From positions 284,565-348,564 of the forward strand of contig JAHILH010000001.1 of assembly GCA_018897195.1 (NCBI GenBank): a stretch of 64,000 bases of DNA. Direction: 5' to 3'. This document shows positions 9,292-15,802 of this stretch, piece after piece (the first letter of the stretch is position 1; the number at the start of each line of letters is the position of its first letter). The notes under the pieces were generated by a model. That model was not told the origin of the DNA, did no database searches, and saw only the letters and a program-made list of their open reading frames with translations. The position numbers were made by a program, and so were the translations under genes. The stretch is from Patescibacteria group bacterium. GTDB taxonomy: Bacteria > Patescibacteriota > Patescibacteriia > Patescibacteriales > UBA12075.

Positions 9292-9570
9292 TTAATTAAT
9301 ACACACATGTTCTTTCAGTTGAATATCTTTAGCTGGTTTATATGACAGCCAGGTATAAACAAGACTCACGATGAACGAGAACAACATAATCGCCAGTCCA
9401 AAAATTTCAAACACTTGCGTATTTCTGCCAAAAACCATTATGCCACGGGGATACAAAGAATTATATCCAAGGAATAAAGGAATACACGCAAAACAAGTTG
9501 AAAAAAATACCGCTGAATAATAACGACTCAGAACCCACAAACGTTTTAAAATTTCCTTAAACGTTGCCAT
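9292..9570 (-). CDS. Small two-TM membrane protein (92 aa), unknown function
   Basis: Start moved to ATG 9570 (MATFKEILKRL...), preceded by AAGGAGA. It has its own TTGACA-17-TATATT promoter upstream, and two hydrophobic helices. Confidence 0.55.
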   Translation of the reverse strand: MATFKEILKRLWVLSRYYSAVFFSTCFACIPLFLGYNSLYPRGIMVFGRNTQVFEIFGLAIMLFSFIVSLVYTWLSYKPAKDIQLKEHVCIN

Positions 9571-9640
9571 GGCGCATTCTCCTTTATAGTAGAGTTTATC
9601 TGATATAATCAAAAATATATTTATCAATGAACGAATAACC

Positions 9641-9669
9641 AATATAGGACAAATTAAATCATTTGTCAA
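9641..9669 (-). promoter_or_regulatory. Promoter of the small-protein cassette 9570..9015
   Basis: The reverse strand reads TTGACA-17 nt-TATATT. Confidence 0.65.
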
Positions 9670-9680
9670 TCGAAAATTCC

Positions 9681-9713
9681 AAAAAAAAGAAGCCCCGAAC
9701 ATTTGGAGCTTCG
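9681..9713 (-). terminator. Intrinsic terminator after ORF 9729..9965
   Basis: The reverse strand reads GAAGCTCCAAATGTTCGGGGCTTC followed by TTTTTTTT. Confidence 0.65.
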
Positions 9714-9728
9714 ACTGATTTTTTTTAC

Positions 9729-9965
9729 TTAACCGTCCTCTTTCTTCTGGATTATTTTCCTTCGTGTTGTTTCATTTTCGACAATGCAACCAAGGCCAAA
9801 TGATATAAAAATCACAAAATACAGCCAACGATGGACATCCCAGTGAAAATAATCAGATATCATTAAAAAAAATTCTGACACAAACATAGATATCACTACA
9901 TAAAAAATCATCCTTAATGAACTTTCGTGAATATGTATAAAAAATCTCCCAATAGATACCCACAT
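9729..9965 (-). CDS. Small two-TM membrane protein (78 aa), unknown function
   Basis: GGGAGGAA RBS before ATG 9965. An intrinsic terminator follows directly (9681-9713). Confidence 0.55.
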   Translation of the reverse strand: MWVSIGRFFIHIHESSLRMIFYVVISMFVSEFFLMISDYFHWDVHRWLYFVIFISFGLGCIVENETTRRKIIQKKEDG

Positions 9966-9995
9966 ATTATTTCCTCCCGTTTGAGTTATTTTTTA

Positions 9996-10026
9996 TATTT
10001 AAAAATAGTTTTGGTTACAATGTCAA
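9996..10026 (-). promoter_or_regulatory. Possible promoter of ORF 9729..9965
   Basis: The TTGACA -35 box contains the TGA stop of the upstream ORF. The -10 is weak or ambiguous (TTTAAA at 17 nt, TAAATA at 19 nt). Confidence 0.35.
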
Positions 10027-10394
10027 GGAAGATCTATGCGTCCTTCTCTTGGAGCATTGTCATATCTGTACATATAATACGATTTAAACACCGCGCCGTC
10101 AATTATTTTTCCATCTACACTGACAACATCAAAACAAATTGTTACAGTCGTCTCCTCAAGAAATGTACCTTTTTTTTCAACAAGACGTGATATGTGAAGA
10201 CGATCAAAAAAGAATCCAGCCAAAACAAATAAAAGAGATGATATAAACACAGACACCATATTAACACCAATAAGCCAGTCTCTATTATTTATAAGCTCTT
10301 TCGGTAATGCCATGCCAAACATTCCCGTTAACAGCGCAGACATCAACAAAGACCACACAAAAAACATAATCACCTTCCAATGAATATCCCTCAT
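10023..10394 (-). CDS. Small membrane protein (123 aa; two N-terminal TM helices plus a soluble tail), unknown function
   Basis: GGAGGA RBS before ATG 10394 and a consensus promoter at 10467-10495. It is the only CDS in the window that I found ending in TGA. Confidence 0.55.
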   Translation of the reverse strand: MRDIHWKVIMFFVWSLLMSALLTGMFGMALPKELINNRDWLIGVNMVSVFISSLLFVLAGFFFDRLHISRLVEKKGTFLEETTVTICFDVVSVDGKIIDGAVFKSYYMYRYDNAPREGRIDLP

Positions 10395-10466
10395 CTCAAT
10401 TCCTCCATTTTGAATTATTATTTTATATCCTCAAGTAAACGAAGATTTGTCAACGAACAATAAACC

Positions 10467-10495
10467 AATATAGCACAAATACAAAGATTTGTCAA
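10467..10495 (-). promoter_or_regulatory. Promoter of ORF 10023..10394
   Basis: The reverse strand reads TTGACA-17 nt-TATATT. GTTGACAAATCTT is repeated once more 35 bp downstream. Confidence 0.65.
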
Positions 10496-10505
10496 CGGCC
10501 TCTTC

Positions 10506-10534
10506 TTGACACTTCTACTTTTTTCCTGTATATT
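10506..10534 (+). promoter_or_regulatory. secE-nusG promoter
   Basis: TTGACA-17 nt-TATATT. Back-to-back with the divergent promoter at 10467-10495. Confidence 0.65.
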
Positions 10535-10550
10535 GAATACATAAGTAATC

Positions 10551-10575
10551 AACTGCCAAACGGGGCAGTTTTTAG
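10551..10575 (+). terminator. Intrinsic-terminator-like hairpin in the secE leader
   Basis: AACTGCC-AAACGG-GGCAGTT followed by TTTTT, about 10 nt after the predicted start site and 35 nt before the secE ATG. Confidence 0.5.
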
Positions 10576-10608
10576 TTACAATTATTTGGCTAATATTAAA
10601 TAAATTAT

Positions 10609-10794
10609 ATGAATGCAATTATCAATTATGTCAAAGGAGCGATTGTGGAAATGAAGAAAGTTACCTGGCCTACCAAAAATGAGGCCAAGAACTACACTAT
10701 CCTTGTAATCGTTATCAGTATTGCCATTGCGGCCTTCTTGGGTGCGCTTGATTACCTTTTTACCATTGGCTTTGAACAATTTTTAAACAAATAA
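10609..10794 (+). CDS. secE: Preprotein translocase subunit SecE
   Basis: 61 aa with a single C-terminal TM. The motif VKGAIVEMKKVTWPTKNEAKNYT is typical of SecE, and the gene lies directly upstream of nusG. Confidence 0.85.
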   Translation: MNAIINYVKGAIVEMKKVTWPTKNEAKNYTILVIVISIAIAAFLGALDYLFTIGFEQFLNK

Positions 10795-10857
10795 ACCAGT
10801 TATGCCGCAAGGCGCTAACACAGTCTCGTTGAATAACGGGATAATTTATAAAATAGT

Positions 10858-11403
10858 ATGGCAAAACAAACGCTAAATCAAGGACGCCGATGGTATGTCC
10901 TTCACACCTACTCAGGCTACGAGGAAAATGTTGCGCAAAATCTTAAACAGAGAATCGAATCGATGGACATGGAAGACCGCATTTTTGAGATTTTAATTCC
11001 GATTGAAAAAAAGATTAAGATAAAAAACGGCAAGCGTAAGGTGGTTGAGGAAAAAATCTTCCCTGGCTATGTTATGGTTGAGATGGTTGTAACTGACGAA
11101 TCTTGGTACGTGGTGCGAAATACACCAAACGTAACCGGCTTTATTGGCACTGGCACAATTCCAACTCCAATCAGCGAGAAAGAAATCAAAGATTTGAAGA
11201 AAAGAGTTGGTGTTGAAGAACCTAAATTCAAAATCGACGTGGCTGTTGGCTCACCTGTCAAAATCATCGATGGTCCCTTCAAAAATCTTGAAGGTAAAAT
11301 CACGAACGTTGATGAGTCCAAGGGTAAGGTTAAAGTATTGGTATCAATGTTTGGTCGCGAAACCCCAGTTGAATTAGACTTTTTACAAATTAAAAAGATA
11401 TAA
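10858..11403 (+). CDS. nusG: Transcription termination/antitermination factor NusG
   Basis: RWYVLHTYSGYEENV (NGN domain), FPGYVMVEM, and a KOW region (GSPVKIIDGPFKNLEGKITNVDESKGKVKVLVSMFGRETPVEL). Confidence 0.95.
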   Translation: MAKQTLNQGRRWYVLHTYSGYEENVAQNLKQRIESMDMEDRIFEILIPIEKKIKIKNGKRKVVEEKIFPGYVMVEMVVTDESWYVVRNTPNVTGFIGTGTIPTPISEKEIKDLKKRVGVEEPKFKIDVAVGSPVKIIDGPFKNLEGKITNVDESKGKVKVLVSMFGRETPVELDFLQIKKI

Positions 11404-11409
11404 AAGTCC

Positions 11410-11577
11410 GTCATTCCCATGAAAATGGGAATCCATGCGCCACAGATTTTGGATATTTAATTATAGAGACTAGTCTTGATAAAACATTAATAACAAATAG
11501 TACGTCGTAAATTTTAATCCTCCTTATACTGAAACCAATCTACGAGGTACCTGGATCCCCGCCTTCGCGAGGATGAC
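11410..11577 (+). mobile_element. REPIN/MITE-like element, copy B (168 bp)
   Basis: GTCATTCCCATGAAAATGGGAATCCATGCGCCACA...CTACGAGGTACCTGGATCCCCGCCTTCGCGAGGATGAC. Begins 6 nt after the nusG stop. Confidence 0.8.
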
Positions 11578-11667
11578 GGAAGAAATTAAAAATTTAAAAA
11601 TATAAATTAAGAAATAAGCAAATTCGGTGTTTTTAAAAACAGCTTCTACGAATAAGCGCTAAAAGAT

Positions 11668-12090
11668 ATGGCAAAAAAAGTAAAGACAATCATAAAATTA
11701 CAAATCAAGGCTGGACAAGCTAACCCAGCGCCTCCGGTTGGACCTGCTTTAGGTCAACACGGTTTGAACATCCAAGAATTTTGTTCATCTTTTAATGACA
11801 AAACCAGAGATAAAATGGGAGACATTGTGCCAGTAGAAATTACTGTCTATGATGACAGAACTTTCACTTTTGTCATGAAAACAGCTCCGGCTTCTTCTTT
11901 GATCATGAAAGTACTAGGACTTAAAAAAGGTTCAAGCAGTCCCCTAACCACCAAAGTTGGCACACTGACTCAAGATCAATTGCGAGAAATCGCCATCCAA
12001 AAGATGCCTGACTTGAATACCAATGACGTTGAACAAGCAATGAGAATCATTGCTGGCTCAGCAAGACAAATGGGAGTAGAAGTTAAATAA
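11668..12090 (+). CDS. rplK: 50S ribosomal protein L11
   Basis: [39 protein letters not shown] is the canonical L11 N-terminus. Confidence 0.95.
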   Translation: MAKKVKTIIKLQIKAGQANPAPPVGPALGQHGLNIQEFCSSFNDKTRDKMGDIVPVEITVYDDRTFTFVMKTAPASSLIMKVLGLKKGSSSPLTTKVGTLTQDQLREIAIQKMPDLNTNDVEQAMRIIAGSARQMGVEVK

Positions 12091-12161
12091 TATTTTATTA
12101 ATATAATTTGTGGAAGAAAGTTTGAAGATTCAAAATTCGCTTGCACCACGAAAAAAAAACT

Positions 12162-12833
12162 ATGGCTAAAGAAAAAAAAGAAGTTGTAGAGTTTGATAGA
12201 TTCAAATTTCACAATATCGACGAAGCTGTCGAATTAGTTAAAAAAATGTCAAACGAAAAATTTGACGCTTCAGTTGAAGTTCATGTTCGTTTAGGAATTG
12301 ACCCACGTAAAGGTGATCAACAAGTAAGAACCGCAGTTAGCCTTCCTCACGGAACCGGTAAAACTGTAAAAGTTTGTGCTTTTGTATCTCCTGATAAAGA
12401 AGAAGCTTGTAGAAAAGCGGGCGCTGACATCGTAGGTGGCGAAGACTTAATCGCTCAAATTAAAGCGACTGAAAAAACTGACTTTCAAGTGGCGGTAGCT
12501 GAACCAGTAATGATGAGACATTTGGCTCAAATTGCTAAAATCTTAGGAACAAGAGGTTTAATGCCTTCTCCAAAGAATGAAACAGTTGCTCCAAACCCAG
12601 TTAAGGCTATTGAAGAATTGAAAAAAGGTAAAGTAAGTTTCAAAAATGATGACACTGGTAATGTGCACGTTAATATTGGTAAAGTTTCTTTCGACAATGT
12701 TAAATTGAAAGAAAATTTCACAGCCTTTATCGACATGATAAAAAGAGTAAAACCAACCGGCTCAAAAGGTGTTTACATCAAACACGTTGCGATTTCCTCT
12801 TCAATGGGTAAAGGTATCAAAGTTTCACTATAA
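12162..12833 (+). CDS. rplA: 50S ribosomal protein L1
   Basis: Start placed at ATG 12162 (MAKEKKEV...). The track's earlier start at 12141 is a TTG. KFDASVEVHVRLGIDPRKGDQQVRTAVSLPHGTGK is canonical L1. Confidence 0.9.
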   Translation: MAKEKKEVVEFDRFKFHNIDEAVELVKKMSNEKFDASVEVHVRLGIDPRKGDQQVRTAVSLPHGTGKTVKVCAFVSPDKEEACRKAGADIVGGEDLIAQIKATEKTDFQVAVAEPVMMRHLAQIAKILGTRGLMPSPKNETVAPNPVKAIEELKKGKVSFKNDDTGNVHVNIGKVSFDNVKLKENFTAFIDMIKRVKPTGSKGVYIKHVAISSSMGKGIKVSL

Positions 12834-12850
12834 AATATACACTCAATATA

Positions 12851-12887
12851 AAAAACACTCACTATTCATAGTGGGTGTTTTTGTTTT
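12851..12887 (+). terminator. Intrinsic terminator after rplA
   Basis: ACACTCACT-ATTCAT-AGTGGGTGT followed by TTTTGTTTT. Confidence 0.7.
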
Positions 12888-12911
12888 AAATTTTTTATCC
12901 ACAGCCCCGAG

Positions 12912-12939
12912 TTGCCATATCTCCCCCATTTGGTAAAAT
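12912..12939 (+). promoter_or_regulatory. Candidate promoter for dCMP deaminase
   Basis: TTGCCA-16 nt-TAAAAT. Confidence 0.45.
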
Positions 12940-12963
12940 AAATATATATATTATTCATTATTT

Positions 12964-13010
12964 ATTCGCAATTCGCAGATTAATACTAATTAGCAGATTA
13001 GCGTTACAAT
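12964..13010 (+). promoter_or_regulatory. Conserved ATTNGCA heptad array (copy 1), ends 3 nt before the dCMP deaminase ATG
   Basis: ATTCGCAATTCGCAGATTAATACTAATTAGCAGATTAGCGTTACAAT. About 40 of 46 positions are identical to 16457-16503. Confidence 0.6.
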
Positions 13011-13013
13011 AGT

Positions 13014-13553
13014 ATGAAAAAAAGAATCTCAAAAGATCAATATTATATCAATTTGGCAAAAGAGGCTGCCTCGAGATCCACTTGTTACCGAGCTCTACAC
13101 GGCGCTCTTATCGTCAAAGATGATCAAATCATCTCCACTGGCTATGTCGGCGCACCTCGTAAAACCAAAGATTGTTTTGAACGTGGTAATTGCCTGCGTC
13201 GCGAAATGAACATCCCCTCTGGTCAAAGATACGAACTTTGTCGCTCCGTACATAGCGAACAAAACGCTCTTATTAACGCCGCTCGCTCAGGCGCTAACCT
13301 ATTTAAAGGCACGATGTATCTTTATTCCGCCGTTCTCAATGAAGAAGGCGATGAAAAAACAATTAACGCCTACCCATGTTTTATTTGTAAAAAAATGATC
13401 GTAAACTCTGGTATTGAAAAATTAGTTTCTCATCAGGCCGATGGCTCAATCAAGGAATATTTAATTGAAGACTGGGTTAAGGATTGGCAGGAGAAAGATT
13501 TAGTGGATGACATGGAACAATACGGCGTTAAAACTGTGAAAACTGATAAATAG
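13014..13553 (+). CDS. dCMP deaminase (ComEB/cytidine-deoxycytidylate deaminase family)
   Basis: Zn motifs HSEQNAL and PCFICKKMIVNSGI, and a 179-aa length typical of dCMP deaminases. Confidence 0.8.
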   Translation: MKKRISKDQYYINLAKEAASRSTCYRALHGALIVKDDQIISTGYVGAPRKTKDCFERGNCLRREMNIPSGQRYELCRSVHSEQNALINAARSGANLFKGTMYLYSAVLNEEGDEKTINAYPCFICKKMIVNSGIEKLVSHQADGSIKEYLIEDWVKDWQEKDLVDDMEQYGVKTVKTDK

Positions 13554-13568
13554 AACTTGTAATTATAA

Positions 13569-13596
13569 TTGACAATAATAATGCTCATGTTAAGGT
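13569..13596 (+). promoter_or_regulatory. Candidate promoter for the ThyX-like gene
   Basis: TTGACA-16 nt-TAAGGT. GGGAGA RBS 9 nt before the ATG. Confidence 0.45.
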
Positions 13597-13649
13597 TTAG
13601 GGATTAAACTGCTCTTTTCCAATTAAATCTAACTGGGAGAAAATATAAG

Positions 13650-15092
13650 ATGGAAATTAAACTATTGCCACCAGAAATTAATAATACGGGCATAATTAAT
13701 AAGTTGATAAATTTGATTGTCGATTTTTTAATTGGTCTAAAGACTAAATTAGGCATCGACAACCCCAACAACAATCCATTGACGGTTGTTAGTCATGCAG
13801 CATTGAAATGCTACCAAGCTATTTCACCAATATGGGGCAAGCGAATTGATGAAAGAGGAAGATTGTTTGACACTAGCCATCACACCACCTTTCAGCATGC
13901 GTCCTCATACTTCACTTTTGACATAGAGAAAATTGCCATTTCTGATATTACTTTTGGCTTGCACCTCGCCAGTCCGTTTTACAATAGCGACCAGCGCTCA
14001 GGACGTTACTGTGCCAAAATGTTTTTGGAGCCAAATTACGAACTAATTGATGACTACATCGCAAAATTTTGGCCAGAAGTCTCAAGTTCTGACCGCACAA
14101 TGGCAATTAATTTTGTAAAATTTGGAGTTGAGGTTTTTCACACCAACATCGAACAAGCAACCAAGACTGCCGTTGATCTTATCAAATCCGAGAGACCTTT
14201 TGCCAAAGGCATCGAGGCTACGGCTGCGAAAATTGCCCAAGAACAAATGCGTATGTTTATTTCCCTCATCTTCCCTACTGGAATGGATTTCACGGTCAAT
14301 CTGACTGCTTTAGCAGCCATGCGTCTTTCTGCCTGGACACCAGGCATGCGTTATGCAACAGACAAAATGGCCGAATTGATCATTGCTAAGCACCCCGAAT
14401 TAGCATACGTCTTTGCAGGTGAAAGAAAAGATGAAAATTGGACACCGGAATTACACGACAAGGAAAAGATTACCTTTCCTAAATTTCAATTATTCTCCGT
14501 CACTAGCCCTGAAAAATTTGTTATGCCAGTTTCCAGGGACATGCATCCGATTGATACACTTCATTTTCAACCGAAATACATGGACAATTCGGTTTGTCGA
14601 GTCAAAACCCAGGTTAAGCTTTCAGCTGCGACCATGGGCCAAGATCAACGACATCGCACTATTAGCCGCGCGAAACCAGCATTTACTGGCGATTTTTACA
14701 TGCCGCCAATCTTGTCTGAGCTCAAACTAGAAAAAGCCGCTGAAGAAGTAATGACCAAATGGCTAGAAATGAAAAATGTCTTACCGGCAACTTTGTGGGC
14801 AGCTATTGCTCCTTATGGCGCAATGCTGACATACGAAAAAGACGGCTCAGCCAACGCTGTTGCGCATGAGCAAGGCAAGAGACTGTGTTTCTGCGCCCAA
14901 GAAGAAATTTACAACCTTGGTCGCCTAGAACGCGAAGCTATCAAACAAGAATACGGTGCTGATTCTGAATTACTAAAAATTTTCGAACCACCATGCTACC
15001 GAACCGGCATTTGCGCAGAAGGCGCACGCTATTGTGGTCGCGATTTACGTATCCGCAATGAGGATAACTTCTTCCCAGAACGAAAAATTTAA
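13650..15092 (+). CDS. ThyX-like (flavin-dependent thymidylate synthase family) protein with two fused ThyX-like halves
   Basis: Half 1 has SHHTTFQHASSYFTFDI...FGLHLASPFYNSDQRSGRY, resembling ThyX GHETPFEH..FTF...RHRxxSxxxxSxRY but with no RHR. Half 2 has VKLSAATMGQDQRHRTISR (RHR present, SxRY absent) and RLCFCAQEEIYNL, resembling the ThyX C-terminal R....AQ.EI motif. Alignment was done by eye from memory. Confidence 0.5.
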   Translation: MEIKLLPPEINNTGIINKLINLIVDFLIGLKTKLGIDNPNNNPLTVVSHAALKCYQAISPIWGKRIDERGRLFDTSHHTTFQHASSYFTFDIEKIAISDITFGLHLASPFYNSDQRSGRYCAKMFLEPNYELIDDYIAKFWPEVSSSDRTMAINFVKFGVEVFHTNIEQATKTAVDLIKSERPFAKGIEATAAKIAQEQMRMFISLIFPTGMDFTVNLTALAAMRLSAWTPGMRYATDKMAELIIAKHPELAYVFAGERKDENWTPELHDKEKITFPKFQLFSVTSPEKFVMPVSRDMHPIDTLHFQPKYMDNSVCRVKTQVKLSAATMGQDQRHRTISRAKPAFTGDFYMPPILSELKLEKAAEEVMTKWLEMKNVLPATLWAAIAPYGAMLTYEKDGSANAVAHEQGKRLCFCAQEEIYNLGRLEREAIKQEYGADSELLKIFEPPCYRTGICAEGARYCGRDLRIRNEDNFFPERKI

Positions 15093-15099
15093 TCATCTC

Positions 15100-15132
15100 A
15101 AAACCGTCAAGCACATAACTTGGCGGTTTTTT
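15100..15132 (+). terminator. Intrinsic terminator after the ThyX-like gene
   Basis: AAAACCGTCAAG-CACATAA-CTTGGCGGTTTTTT. Confidence 0.7.
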
Positions 15133-15147
15133 AAAGTAATTTTCAAA

Positions 15148-15176
15148 TTGACTTAAATCCGTTTTTTTTGTAAAAT
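15148..15176 (+). promoter_or_regulatory. Candidate promoter for the kinase paralogs
   Basis: TTGACT-17 nt-TAAAAT, just after the terminator at 15100-15132. Confidence 0.55.
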
Positions 15177-15205
15177 AAGATAGTAATAAATAAAGAAAAA
15201 ACTTC

Positions 15206-15751
15206 ATGGAAAACAAAATAATTATCGGCCTGGTTGGTCAGATTGCTTCTGGAAAAGGAACAGTAGCAGAGTATTTAGAAAAAAATCATCAAGCGACTAC
15301 TTTCCGCTTTTCAACAATTCTACGAGACGTCTTGAATCGTTTGCACGTTGATATCAGTCGTGAAAATTTGCAAGATTTATCCACCATCTTAAGACAAAAA
15401 TTCGGCGAGGATTTATTGGCCAAAGTTATGGCTGGTGATGTAGAAAAAACAGACAACAAAATTGTGGTTGTCGATGGCATCAGACGCATGGCCGACATTA
15501 AATATCTCAAAGAATTAGAAAATTTTAAATTATTAAGCGTGGTAGCCGATCCCAAGGTTCGTTATCAACGCCTAATCGAACGCTCAGAAAATTCTGGTGA
15601 TAGTCAAAAAACTTACGAAGATTTCTTAGCTGACCAAATGAAAGAAGCCGATGCGGAAATTCCCGAAGTCATGAAAAATGCTGATGTTGAAATCAACAAC
15701 GACATTGACTTTGAAAATTTATATCAACAAATAGATAAATTATTAAACTAA
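15206..15751 (+). CDS. P-loop nucleoside-monophosphate-kinase-fold protein (dephospho-CoA-kinase/UPF0200-like), paralog 1
   Basis: IIGLVGQIASGKGT P-loop of the GKGT type, as in NMP kinases, and a VVVDGIRR motif. Substrate unknown. Confidence 0.55.
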   Translation: MENKIIIGLVGQIASGKGTVAEYLEKNHQATTFRFSTILRDVLNRLHVDISRENLQDLSTILRQKFGEDLLAKVMAGDVEKTDNKIVVVDGIRRMADIKYLKELENFKLLSVVADPKVRYQRLIERSENSGDSQKTYEDFLADQMKEADAEIPEVMKNADVEINNDIDFENLYQQIDKLLN

Positions 15752-15802
15752 TTAAACCCACGACGTCTCGAATCCTCGGGACAATGGTGGGCGAAGTAAA
15801 AC

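Noticed and set aside
12091-12161. rplK-rplA intergenic region and the rplK leader, checked as an L1-binding autoregulatory mimic of 23S rRNA
   Set aside because: I could not identify the expected rRNA-like helix and bulge by eye, so the evidence is insufficient.
15752-15802. GC-rich hairpin with a TCGAATCC string between the two kinase paralogs, checked as a possible tRNA fragment
   Set aside because: Only a T-loop-like octamer is present. There is no acceptor, D or anticodon arm and no T-run. At most it is a small intercistronic stem-loop (CCCAC...GTCTCG-AATCCT-CGGGAC...GTGGG).
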